Positions 1 through 13,400 of a stretch of DNA of 64,000 nucleotides are shown here, one piece after another. The notes beneath the pieces were generated by a model that was given only the letters and a program-made list of their open reading frames with translations, did not search any database and was not told the origin of the DNA. The stretch lies in NCBI RefSeq assembly GCF_009914755.1, contig NC_060929.1. One strand, 5' to 3'. Made by a program: the position numbers and the translations under genes. This stretch comes from the human T2T-CHM13v2.0 reference genome, Homo sapiens. The number at the start of each line of letters is the position of its first letter. Within the stretch, counting starts at the first letter, position 1.

Positions 1-369
1 CAAGTGGATATTGGGAACTCTTTGAGGCCTTCATTGGGAATGGGGTTTCTTCATATAATGCTAGACAGAAGATTTCCCAGTAACTTCTTCCTGTTGTGTG
101 TATTCAACTGACAACAGATGAACCTTCCTTTAGAGAGAGCAGATTTGAAACACTCTTTTTGTGGAAGTTGCAAGTGGAGATTTCAGCCGCTTTAACGTCA
201 ATGGTAGAAAAGGAAATATCTTCGCATAAAAACAAGACAGAATCATTTTCAGAAACTGCTTTGTGATGTGTGCATTCAACTCACAGAGTTTAACCTTTGT
301 TTTCATAGAGCCGTTTGGAAACACACAGTTTGTCAAATCTGTAAGTCGATATTCGGAACTATTTGAGGC

Positions 370-386
370 CTTCGTTGGAAACGGGA
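370..386 (+). promoter_or_regulatory. Intact CENP-B box (16-mer box 2; repeats every 2,720 bp through copy 6, absent from the 14-mers)
   Basis: CTTCGTTGGAAACGGGA matches NTTCGNNNNANNCGGGN. Confidence 0.95.
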
Positions 387-1048
387 TTTCTTCATATAAT
401 GCTAGAAAGAAGAATTCTCAGTAACTTCCTTGTGTTGTGTGTAATCAACTCACAGAATAGAACGTTCCTTTAGATAGAGCAGATTTGAAACACTCTTTTT
501 GTGGAAGTTGCACGTGGAGATTTCAAGCGCTTTGTGGCCAGTGGTAGAAAATGAAATATCTTCGTATAAAAAGTACACAGAATCATTCTCAGAAACTACT
601 TTCTGATGTGTGCGTTCAACTCTCGGAGTTTAAACTTTCTTTTCATAGAGCAGTTTGGAAACAGTGTGTTTGTAAAGTCTGCAAGTGGATATTCGGACCT
701 CTTTGGCGCCTTAATTTGAAACGGGGTTTCTCCATATAATGCTAGACAGAAGAATTCTCAGTAACTTGTTTGTGTTGTGTGTGTTCAACTCACAGAGTTG
801 AACCTTCCTTTAGACAGAGCAGATTTGAAACACTCTTTTTGTGGAATTTGCAAGTGGAGATTTCAAGCGCTTTGAGGCCAAAGGCAGAAAAGGAAATATC
901 TTCGTATAAAAACTAGATAGATCATTCTCAGAAACTGCTTTGTGATGTGTGCGTTCAACTCACAGAGTTTCACTTATCTTTTCGTACAGCAGCTTGGAAA
1001 CACTCTGTTTGTAATGTCTGCAAGTGGATATTTTGACCTCTTTGAGGT

Positions 1049-1065
1049 CTTCGTTGGAAACGGGT
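1049..1065 (+). promoter_or_regulatory. Intact CENP-B box (16-mer box 4; repeated in each complete copy)
   Basis: CTTCGTTGGAAACGGGT matches the 9 essential positions. Confidence 0.93.
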
Positions 1066-4000
1066 TTTATTCATGTAAGGCTAGACAGAAGAATTCTCAG
1101 TAACTTCTTTGTATTGTGTGTATTCCACTGACAGAGTTGACCCTTCCTTTAGACAGAGCACATTTGAACCACTCTTTTTGTGGAATTTGCAAGTGGAGAT
1201 TTCAGACGCATTGAGGTCAATGGTAGAAAAGGAAATATCTTCGTATAAAAACTAGACAGAATGATTCTCAGAACCTGCTTCGTGATGTGTGTGTTCAGTT
1301 CAAAGAGTTTTACCTTTCTTTTCATAGAGCAGTTAGGAAACACTCTGTTTGAACAGTCTGAAAGTGGATATTCCGATCTCTTTGAGGCCTTTGTTGGAAA
1401 AGGGATTTCTTCATATAATGCTAGACAGAGGAATTCTCAGTAACTTCTCTGTGTTGTGTGTATTCAAATCACAGAGTTGAACGTTCCTTTAGACAGAGCA
1501 GACTTGAAACACTCTTTTTGTGGAATTTGCAATAGGAAATTTCAAGCACTTTGAGGCCAAAGGCAGAAGAGGAAATATCTTCGTATAAAAGCAAGTCAGA
1601 ATCATTCTCAGAAACTGCTTAATCATGTGTGCGTTCGACTCACGGAGTTTAACCTACCTTTTCATACAGCAGTTTGGAAACACTCTGTTTGTAAAGTCTG
1701 CACGTGGATATTTGGACATCTTTGAGGCCTTTGTTGGAAACGGGTTTTATTCATGTAAGGCTAGACAGAAGATTTCTCAGTAACTTCTTTGTGTTGTGTG
1801 TATTCAACTGACAGAGTTGACCCTTCTTTTAGGTAGAGCAGATTTGAGACACTCTTTTTGTGGAATTTGCAAGTGGAGATTTCAGACGCTTTGAGGTCAA
1901 TGGTAGAAAAGGACATTTCTTCGTATAAAAACTTGACAGAATGATTCTCAGAAACTGCTTTGTGATGTATGCGTTCAATTCAAAGAGTTCTACCTTTCTT
2001 TTCATAGAGCACTTAGGAAACACTCTGTTTGTAAAGACTGCAAGTGGATATTCGGACCTCTATGAGGCCTTCTTTGGAAAAGGGATTTCTTCATATAATG
2101 CTAGACAGAGGAATTCTTCGTAACTTCTTTGTATTGTGTGTATTCAACTCACAGAGTTGAACCTTCTTTTAGATAGAGCAGATTTGAAACACACTTTCTG
2201 TGGAATTTCCAATTGGAGATTTCAAGCGCTTCGGGGCCAATGGTAGAAAAGGAAAAATCTTCACAAAAAAACTAGACAAAATCATTCCCAGAAACTGTGT
2301 AGTGATGTGTATGTTTAACTCACAGAGTTTATCCTTTCTTTTCATAGAGCAGTTGGGAAACACTCTGTTTGAAAAGTCTGCATGTGGATATTTGGACCGC
2401 CATGAGGCGTTCTTTGGAAATGGTATTTCTTCATTTAAGGCTACACAGAAGAATTCTCAGTAACTTCCTTGTGTTGTGTGTATTCAGCTCACAGAGTTGA
2501 ACCTTCTTTTAGATAGAGCAGATTTGAAAGACACTTTTTGGGGAATTTGCAAGTGGGGATTTCAAGCGCTTTGAGGCCAACGGTAGAAAAGGAAATATCT
2601 TCGAATAAAAAGTAGACAGAATCATTCCCAGAAACTGCGTTTTGATGTGTGCGTTCACCTAACAGAGTTTAACCTTCCTTTTCATAGAGCAGTTGGGAAA
2701 CGCTATGTTTGTAAAGTCTGCAAGTGGATATTGGGAACTCTTTGAGGCCTTCATTGGGAATGGGGTTTCTTCATATAATGCTAGACAGAAGATTTCCCAG
2801 TAACTTCTTCCTGTTGTGTGTATTCAACTGACAACAGATGAACCTTCCTTTAGAGAGAGCATATTTGAAACACTCTTTTTGTGGAAGTTGCAAGTGGAGA
2901 TTTCAGCCGCTTTAACGTCAATGGTAGAAAAGGAAATATCTTCGCATAAAAACAAGACAGAATCATTTTCAGAAACTGCTTTGTGATGTGTGCATTCAAC
3001 TCACAGAGTTTAACCTTTGTTTTCCTAGAGCCGTTTGGAAACACACAGTTTGTCAAATCTGTAAGTCGATATTCGGACCTATTTGAGGCCTTCGTTGGAA
3101 ACGGGATTTCTTCATATAATGCTAGAAAGAAGAATTCTCAGTAACTTCCTTGTGTTCTGTGTAATCAACTCACAGAATAGAACGTTCCTTTAGATAGAGC
3201 AGATTTGAAACACTCTTTTTGTGGAAGTTGCACGTGGAGATTTCAAGCGCTTTGTGGCCAGTGGTAGAAAATGAAATATCTTCGTATAAAAAGTACACAG
3301 AATCATTCTCAGAAACTACTTTCTGATGTGTGCGTTCAACTCTCGGAGTTTAAACTTTCTTTTCATAGAGCAGTTTGGAAACAGTGTGTTTGTAAAGTCT
3401 GCAAGTGGATATTCGGACCTCTTTGGCGCCTTATTTTGAAACGGGGTTTCTCCATATAATGCTAGACAGAAGAATTCTCAGTAACTTGTTTGTGTTGTGT
3501 GTGTTCAACTCACAGAGTTGAACCTTCCTTTAGACAGAGCAGATTTGAAACACTCTTTTTGTGGAATTTGCAAGTGGAGATTTCAAGCGCTTTGAGGCCA
3601 AAGGCAGAAAAGGAAATATCTTCGTATAAAAACTAGATAGATCATTCTCAGAAACTGCTTTGTGATGTGTGCGTTCAACTCACAGAGTTTCACTTATCTT
3701 TTCGTACAGCAGTTTGGAGACACTCTGTTTGTAATGTCTGCAAGTGGATATTTTGACCTCTTTGAGGTCTTCGTTGGAAACGGGTTTTATTCATGTAAGG
3801 CTAGACAGAAGAATTCTCAGTAACTTCTTTGTATTGTGTGTATTCCACTGACAGAGTTGACCCTTCCTTTAGACAGAGCACATTTGAACCACTCTTTTTG
3901 TGGAATTTGCAAGTGGAGATTTCAGACGCATTGAGGTCAATGGTAGAAAAGGAAATATCTTCGTATAAAAACTAGACAGAATGATTCTCAGAACCTGCTT

Positions 4001-4448
4001 CGTCATGTGTGTGTTCAGTTCAAAGAGTTTTACCTTTCTTTTCATAGAGCAGTTAGGAAACACTCTGTTTGAAAAGTCTGAAAGTGGATATTCCGATCTC
4101 TTTGAGGCCTTCGTTGGAAAAGGGATTTCTTCATATAATGCTAGACAGAGGAATTCTCAGTAACTTCTCTGTGTTGTGTGTATTCAAATCACAGAGTTGA
4201 ACGTTCCTTTAGACAGAGCAGACTTGAAACACTCTTTTTGTGGAATTTGCAATAGGAAATTTCAAGCGCTTTGAGGCCAAAGGCAGAAGAGGAAATATCT
4301 TCGTATAAAAACAAGTCAGAATCATTCTCAGAAACTGCTTAATCATGTGTGCGTTCGACTCACGGAGTTTAACCTACCTTTTCATACAGCAGTTTGGAAA
4401 CACTCTGTTTGTAAAGTCTGCACGTGGATATTTGGACATCTTTGAGGC

Positions 4449-4465
4449 CTTCGTTGGAAACGGGT
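4449..4465 (+). promoter_or_regulatory. Intact CENP-B box (16-mer box 6; mutated to CTTTG in copy 1 at 1729)
   Basis: CTTCGTTGGAAACGGGT in copies 2-7; copy 1 has CTTTGTTGGAAACGGGT (CpG>TpG). Confidence 0.92.
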
Positions 4466-7400
4466 TTTATTCATGTAAGGCTAGACAGAAGATTTCTCAG
4501 TAACTTCTTTGTGTTGTGTGTATTCAACTGACAGAGTTGACCCTTCTTTTAGGTAGAGCAGATTTGAGACACTCTTTTTGTGGAATTTGCAAGTGGAGAT
4601 TTCAGACGCTTTGAGGTCAATGGTAGAAAAGGACATTTCTTCGTATAAAAACTTGACAGAATGATTCTCAGAAACTGCTTTGTGATGTATGCGTTCAATT
4701 CAAATAGTTCTACCTTTCTTTTCATAGAGCACTTAGGAAACACTCTGTTTGTAAAGACTGCAAGTGGATATTCGGACCTCTATGAGGCCTTCTTTGGAAA
4801 AGGGATTTCTTCATATAATGCTAGACAGAGGAATTCTTCGTAACTTCTTTGTATTGTGTGTATTCAACTCACAGAGTTGAACCTTCTTTTAGATAGAGCA
4901 GATTTGAAACACACTTTCTGTGGAATTTCCAATTGGAGATTTCAAGCGCTTCGGGGCCAATGGTAGAAAAGGAAAAATCTTCACAAATAAACTAGACAAA
5001 ATCATTCCCAGAAACTGTGTAGTGATGTGTATGTTTAACTCACAGAGTTTATCCTTTCTTTTCATAGAGCAGTTGGGAAACACTCTGTTTGAAAAGTCTG
5101 CATGTGGATATTTGGACCGCCATGAGGCGTTCTTTGGAAATGGTATTTCTTCATTTAAGGCTACACAGAAGAAGTCTCAGTAACTTCCTTGTGTTGTGTG
5201 TATTCAGCTCACAGAGTTGAACCTTCTTTTAGATAGAGCAGATTTGAAAGACACTTTTTGGGGAATTTGCAAGTGGGGATTTCAAGCGCTTTGAGGCCAA
5301 CGGTAGAAAAGGAAATATCTTCGAATAAAAAGTAGACAGAATCATTCCCAGAAACTGCGTTTTGATGTGTGCGTTCACCTAACAGAGTTTAACCTTCCTT
5401 TTCATAGAGCAGTTGGGAAACGCTATGTTTGTAAAGTCTGCAAGTGGATATTGGGAACTCTTTGAGGCCTTCATTGGGAATGGGGTTTCTTCATATAATG
5501 CTAGACAGAAGATTTCCCAGTAACTTCTTCCTGTTGTGTGTATTCAACTGACAACAGATGAACCTTCCTTTAGAGAGAGCATATTTGAAACACTCTTTTT
5601 GTGGAAGTTGCAAGTGGAGATTTCAGCCGCTTTAACGTCAATGGTAGAAAAGGAAATATCTTCGCATAAAAACAAGACAGAATCATTTTCAGAAACTGCT
5701 TTGTGATGTGTGCATTCAACTCACAGAGTTTAACCTTTGTTTTCCTAGAGCCGTTTGGAAACACACAGTTTGTCAAATCTGTAAGTCGATATTCGGACCT
5801 ATTTGAGGCCTTCGTTGGAAACGGGATTTCTTCATATAATGCTAGAAAGAAGAATTCTCAGTAACTTCCTTGTGTTCTGTGTAATCAACTCACAGAATAG
5901 AACGTTCCTTTAGATAGAGCAGATTTGAAACACTCTTTTTGTGGAAGTTGCACGTGGAGATTTCAAGCGCTTTGTGGCCAGTGGTAGAAAATGAAATATC
6001 TTCGTATAAAAAGTACACAGAATCATTCTCAGAAACTACTTTCTGATGTGTGCGTTCAACTCTCGGAGTTTAAACTTTCTTTTCATAGAGCAGTTTGGAA
6101 ACAGTGTGTTTGTAAAGTCTGCAAGTGGATATTCGGACCTCTTTGGCGCCTTATTTTGAAACGGGGTTTCTCCATATAATGCTAGACAGAAGAATTCTCA
6201 GTAACTTGTTTGTGTTGTGTGTGTTCAACTCACAGAGTTGAACCTTCCTTTAGACAGAGCAGATTTGAAACACTCTTTTTGTGGAATTTGCAAGTGGAGA
6301 TTTCAAGCGCTTTGAGGCCAAAGGCAGAAAAGGAAATATCTTCGTATAAAAACTAGATAGATCATTCTCAGAAACTGCTTTGTGATGTGTGCGTTCAACT
6401 CACAGAGTTTCACTTATCTTTTCGTACAGCAGTTTGGAGACACTCTGTTTGTAATGTCTGCAAGTGGATATTTTGACCTCTTTGAGGTCTTCGTTGGAAA
6501 CGGGTTTTATTCATGTAAGGCTAGACAGAAGAATTCTCAGTAACTTCTTTGTATTGTGTGTATTCCACTGACAGAGTTGACCCTTCCTTTAGACAGAGCA
6601 CATTTGAACCACTCTTTTTGTGGAATTTGCAAGTGGAGATTTCAGACGCATTGAGGTCAATGGTAGAAAAGGAAATATCTTCGTATAAAAACTAGACAGA
6701 ATGATTCTCAGAACCTGCTTCGTCATGTGTGTGTTCAGTTCAAAGAGTTTTACCTTTCTTTTCATAGAGCAGTTAGGAAACACTCTGTTTGAAAAGTCTG
6801 AAAGTGGATATTCCGATCTCTTTGAGGCCTTCGTTGGAAAAGGGATTTCTTCATATAATGCTAGACAGAGGAATTCTCAGTAACTTCTCTGTGTTGTGTG
6901 TATTCAAATCACAGAGTTGAACGTTCCTTTAGACAGAGCAGACTTGAAACACTCTTTTTGTGGAATTTGCAATAGGAAATTTCAAGCGCTTTGAGGCCAA
7001 AGGCAGAAGAGGAAATATCTTCGTATAAAAACAAGTCAGAATCATTCTCAGAAACTGCTTAATCATGTGTGCGTTCGACTCACGGAGTTTAACCTACCTT
7101 TTCATACAGCAGTTTGGAAACACTCTGTTTGTAAAGTCTGCACGTGGATATTTGGACATCTTTGAGGCCTTCGTTGGAAACGGGTTTTATTCATGTAAGG
7201 CTAGACAGAAGATTTCTCAGTAACTTCTTTGTGTTGTGTGTATTCAACTGACAGAGTTGACCCTTCTTTTAGGTAGAGCAGATTTGAGACACTCTTTTTG
7301 TGGAATTTGCAAGTGGAGATTTCAGACGCTTTGAGGTCAATGGTAGAAAAGGACATTTCTTCGTATAAAAACTTGACAGAATGATTCTCAGAAACTGCTT

Positions 7401-10400
7401 TGTGATGTATGCGTTCAATTCAAAGAGTTCTACCTTTCTTTTCATAGAGCACTTAGGAAACACTCTGTTTGTAAAGACTGCAAGTGGATATTCGGACCTC
7501 TATGAGGCCTTCTTTGGAAAAGGGATTTCTTCATATAATGCTAGACAGAGGAATTCTTCGTAACTTCTTTGTATTGTGTGTATTCAACTCACAGAGTTGA
7601 ACCTTCTTTTAGATAGAGCAGATTTGAAACACACTTTCTGTGGAATTTCCAATTGGAGATTTCAAGCGCTTCGGGGCCAATGGTAGAAAAGGAAAAATCT
7701 TCACAAATAAACTAGACAAAATCATTCCCAGAAACTGTGTAGTGATGTGTATGTTTAACTCACAGAGTTTATCCTTTCTTTTCATAGAGCAGTTGGGAAA
7801 CACTCTGTTTGAAAAGTCTGCATGTGGATATTTGGACCGCCATGAGGCGTTCTTTGGAAATGGTATTTCTTCATTTAAGGCTACACAGAAGAAGTCTCAG
7901 TAACTTCCTTGTGTTGTGTGTATTCAGCTCACAGAGTTGAACCTTCTTTTAGATAGAGCAGATTTGAAAGACACTTTTTGGGGAATTTGCAAGTGGGGAT
8001 TTCAAGCGCTTTGAGGCCAACGGTAGAAAAGGAAATATCTTCGAATAAAAAGTAGACAGAATCATTCCCAGAAACTGCGTTTTGATGTGTGCGTTCACGT
8101 AACAGAGTTTAACCTTCCTTTTCATAGAGCAGTTGGGAAACGCTATGTTTGTAAAGTCTGCAAGTGGATATTGGGAACTCTTTGAGGCCTTCATTGGGAA
8201 TGGGGTTTCTTCATATAATGCTAGACAGAAGATTTCCCAGTAACTTCTTCCTGTTGTGTGTATTCAACTGACAACAGATGAACCTTCCTTTAGAGAGAGC
8301 AGATTTGAAACACTCTTTTTGTGGAAGTTGCAAGTGGAGATTTCAGCCGCTTTAACGTCAATGGTAGAAAAGGAAATATCTTCGCATAAAAACAAGACAG
8401 AATCATTTTCAGAAACTGCTTTGTGATGTGTGCATTCAACTCACAGAGTTTAACCTTTGTTTTCATAGAGCCGTTTGGAAACACACAGTTTGTCAAATCT
8501 GTAAGTCGATATTCGGAACTATTTGAGGCCTTCGTTGGAAACGGGATTTCTTCATATAATGCTAGAAAGAAGAATTCTCAGTAACTTCCTTGTGTTGTGT
8601 GTAATCAACTCACAGAATAGAACGTTCCTTTAGATAGAGCAGATTTGAAACACTCTTTTTGTGGAAGTTGCACGTGGAGATTTCAAGCGCTTTGTGGCCA
8701 GTGGTAGAAAATGAAATATCTTCGTATAAAAAGTACACAGAATCATTCTCAGAAACTACTTTCTGATGTGTGCGTTCAACTCTCGGAGTTTAAACTTTCT
8801 TTTCATAGAGCAGTTTGGAAACAGTGTGTTTGTAAAGTCTGCAAGTGGATATTCGGACCTCTTTGGCGCCTTAATTTGAAACGGGGTTTCTCCATATAAT
8901 GCTAGACAGAAGAATTCTCAGTAACTTGTTTGTGTTGTGTGTGTTCAACTCACAGAGTTGAACCTTCCTTTAGACAGAGCAGATTTGAAACACTCTTTTT
9001 GTGGAATTTGCAAGTGGAGATTTCAAGCGCTTTGAGGCCAAAGGCAGAAAAGGAAATATCTTCGTATAAAAACTAGATAGATCATTCTCAGAAACTGCTT
9101 TGTGATGTGTGCGTTCAACTCACAGAGTTTCACTTATCTTTTCGTACAGCAGTTTGGAAACACTCTGTTTGTAATGTCTGCAAGTGGATATTTTGACCTC
9201 TTTGAGGTCTTCGTTGGAAACGGGTTTTATTCATGTAAGGCTAGACAGAAGAATTCTCAGTAACTTCTTTGTATTGTGTGTATTCCACTGACAGAGTTGA
9301 CCCTTCCTTTAGACAGAGCACATTTGAACCACTCTTTTTGTGGAATTTGCAAGTGGAGATTTCAGACGCATTGAGGTCAATGGTAGAAAAGGAAATATCT
9401 TCGTATAAAAACTAGACAGAATGATTCTCAGAACCTGCTTCGTGATGTGTGTGTTCAGTTCAAAGAGTTTTACCTTTCTTTTCATAGAGCAGTTAGGAAA
9501 CACTCTGTTTGAACAGTCTGAAAGTGGATATTCCGATCTCTTTGAGGCCTTTGTTGGAAAAGGGATTTCTTCATATAATGCTAGACAGAGGAATTCTCAG
9601 TAACTTCTCTGTGTTGTGTGTATTCAAATCACAGAGTTGAACGTTCCTTTAGACAGAGCAGACTTGAAACACTCTTTTTGTGGAATTTGCAATAGGAAAT
9701 TTCAAGCACTTTGAGGCCAAAGGCAGAAGAGGAAATATCTTCGTATAAAAGCAAGTCAGAATCATTCTCAGAAACTGCTTAATCATGTGTGCGTTCGACT
9801 CACGGAGTTTAACCTACCTTTTCATACAGCAGTTTGGAAACACTCTGTTTGTAAAGTCTGCACGTGGATATTTGGACATCTTTGAGGCCTTCGTTGGAAA
9901 CGGGTTTTATTCATGTAAGGCTAGACAGAAGATTTCTCAGTAACTTCTTTGTGTTGTGTGTATTCAACTGACAGAGTTGACCCTTCTTTTAGGTAGAGCA
10001 GATTTGAGACACTCTTTTTGTGGAATTTGCAAGTGGAGATTTCAGACGCTTTGAGGTCAATGGTAGAAAAGGACATTTCTTCGTATAAAAACTTGACAGA
10101 ATGATTCTCAGAAACTGCTTTGTGATGTATGCGTTCAATTCAAAGAGTTCTACCTTTCTTTTCATAGAGCACTTAGGAAACACTCTGTTTGTAAAGACTG
10201 CAAGTGGATATTCGGACCTCTATGAGGCCTTCTTTGGAAAAGGGATTTCTTCATATAATGCTAGACAGAGGAATTCTTCGTAACTTCTTTGTATTGTGTG
10301 TATTCAACTCACAGAGTTGAACCTTCTTTTAGATAGAGCAGATTTGAAACACACTTTCTGTGGAATTTCCAATTGGAGATTTCAAGCGCTTCGGGGCCAA

Positions 10401-13400
10401 TGGTAGAAAAGGAAAAATCTTCACAAAAAAACTAGACAAAATCATTCCCAGAAACTGTGTAGTGATGTGTATGTTTAACTCACAGAGTTTATCCTTTCTT
10501 TTCATAGAGCAGTTGGGAAACACTCTGTTTGAAAAGTCTGCATGTGGATATTTGGACCGCCATGAGGCGTTCTTTGGAAATGGTATTTCTTCATTTAAGG
10601 CTACACAGAAGAATTCTCAGTAACTTCCTTGTGTTGTGTGTATTCAGCTCACAGAGTTGAACCTTCTTTTAGATAGAGCAGATTTGAAAGACACTTTTTG
10701 GGGAATTTGCAAGTGGGGATTTCAAGCGCTTTGAGGCCAACGGTAGAAAAGGAAATATCTTCGAATAAAAAGTAGACAGAATCATTCCCAGAAACTGCGT
10801 TTTGATGTGTGCGTTCACCTAACAGAGTTTAACCTTCCTTTTCATAGAGCAGTTGGGAAACGCTATGTTTGTAAAGTCTGCAAGTGGATATTGGGAACTC
10901 TTTGAGGCCTTCATTGGGAATGGGGTTTCTTCATATAATGCTAGACAGAAGATTTCCCAGTAACTTCTTCCTGTTGTGTGTATTCAACTGACAACAGATG
11001 AACCTTCCTTTAGAGAGAGCATATTTGAAACACTCTTTTTGTGGAAGTTGCAAGTGGAGATTTCAGCCGCTTTAACGTCAATGGTAGAAAAGGAAATATC
11101 TTCGCATAAAAACAAGACAGAATCATTTTCAGAAACTGCTTTGTGATGTGTGCATTCAACTCACAGAGTTTAACCTTTGTTTTCCTAGAGCCGTTTGGAA
11201 ACACACAGTTTGTCAAATCTGTAAGTCGATATTCGGACCTATTTGAGGCCTTCGTTGGAAACGGGATTTCTTCATATAATGCTAGAAAGAAGAATTCTCA
11301 GTAACTTCCTTGTGTTCTGTGTAATCAACTCACAGAATAGAACGTTCCTTTAGATAGAGCAGATTTGAAACACTCTTTTTGTGGAAGTTGCACGTGGAGA
11401 TTTCAAGCGCTTTGTGGCCAGTGGTAGAAAATGAAATATCTTCGTATAAAAAGTACACAGAATCATTCTCAGAAACTACTTTCTGATGTGTGCGTTCAAC
11501 TCTCGGAGTTTAAACTTTCTTTTCATAGAGCAGTTTGGAAACAGTGTGTTTGTAAAGTCTGCAAGTGGATATTCGGACCTCTTTGGCGCCTTATTTTGAA
11601 ACGGGGTTTCTCCATATAATGCTAGACAGAAGAATTCTCAGTAACTTGTTTGTGTTGTGTGTGTTCAACTCACAGAGTTGAACCTTCCTTTAGACAGAGC
11701 AGATTTGAAACACTCTTTTTGTGGAATTTGCAAGTGGAGATTTCAAGCGCTTTGAGGCCAAAGGCAGAAAAGGAAATATCTTCGTATAAAAACTAGATAG
11801 ATCATTCTCAGAAACTGCTTTGTGATGTGTGCGTTCAACTCACAGAGTTTCACTTATCTTTTCGTACAGCAGTTTGGAGACACTCTGTTTGTAATGTCTG
11901 CAAGTGGATATTTTGACCTCTTTGAGGTCTTCGTTGGAAACGGGTTTTATTCATGTAAGGCTAGACAGAAGAATTCTCAGTAACTTCTTTGTATTGTGTG
12001 TATTCCACTGACAGAGTTGACCCTTCCTTTAGACAGAGCACATTTGAACCACTCTTTTTGTGGAATTTGCAAGTGGAGATTTCAGACGCATTGAGGTCAA
12101 TGGTAGAAAAGGAAATATCTTCGTATAAAAACTAGACAGAATGATTCTCAGAACCTGCTTCGTCATGTGTGTGTTCAGTTCAAAGAGTTTTACCTTTCTT
12201 TTCATAGAGCAGTTAGGAAACACTCTGTTTGAAAAGTCTGAAAGTGGATATTCCGATCTCTTTGAGGCCTTCGTTGGAAAAGGGATTTCTTCATATAATG
12301 CTAGACAGAGGAATTCTCAGTAACTTCTCTGTGTTGTGTGTATTCAAATCACAGAGTTGAACGTTCCTTTAGACAGAGCAGACTTGAAACACTCTTTTTG
12401 TGGAATTTGCAATAGGAAATTTCAAGCGCTTTGAGGCCAAAGGCAGAAGAGGAAATATCTTCGTATAAAAACAAGTCAGAATCATTCTCAGAAACTGCTT
12501 AATCATGTGTGCGTTCGACTCACGGAGTTTAACCTACCTTTTCATACAGCAGTTTGGAAACACTCTGTTTGTAAAGTCTGCACGTGGATATTTGGACATC
12601 TTTGAGGCCTTCGTTGGAAACGGGTTTTATTCATGTAAGGCTAGACAGAAGATTTCTCAGTAACTTCTTTGTGTTGTGTGTATTCAACTGACAGAGTTGA
12701 CCCTTCTTTTAGGTAGAGCAGATTTGAGACACTCTTTTTGTGGAATTTGCAAGTGGAGATTTCAGACGCTTTGAGGTCAATGGTAGAAAAGGACATTTCT
12801 TCGTATAAAAACTTGACAGAATGATTCTCAGAAACTGCTTTGTGATGTATGCGTTCAATTCAAATAGTTCTACCTTTCTTTTCATAGAGCACTTAGGAAA
12901 CACTCTGTTTGTAAAGACTGCAAGTGGATATTCGGACCTCTATGAGGCCTTCTTTGGAAAAGGGATTTCTTCATATAATGCTAGACAGAGGAATTCTTCG
13001 TAACTTCTTTGTATTGTGTGTATTCAACTCACAGAGTTGAACCTTCTTTTAGATAGAGCAGATTTGAAACACACTTTCTGTGGAATTTCCAATTGGAGAT
13101 TTCAAGCGCTTCGGGGCCAATGGTAGAAAAGGAAAAATCTTCACAAATAAACTAGACAAAATCATTCCCAGAAACTGTGTAGTGATGTGTATGTTTAACT
13201 CACAGAGTTTATCCTTTCTTTTCATAGAGCAGTTGGGAAACACTCTGTTTGAAAAGTCTGCATGTGGATATTTGGACCGCCATGAGGCGTTCTTTGGAAA
13301 TGGTATTTCTTCATTTAAGGCTACACAGAAGAAGTCTCAGTAACTTCCTTGTGTTGTGTGTATTCAGCTCACAGAGTTGAACCTTCTTTTAGATAGAGCA

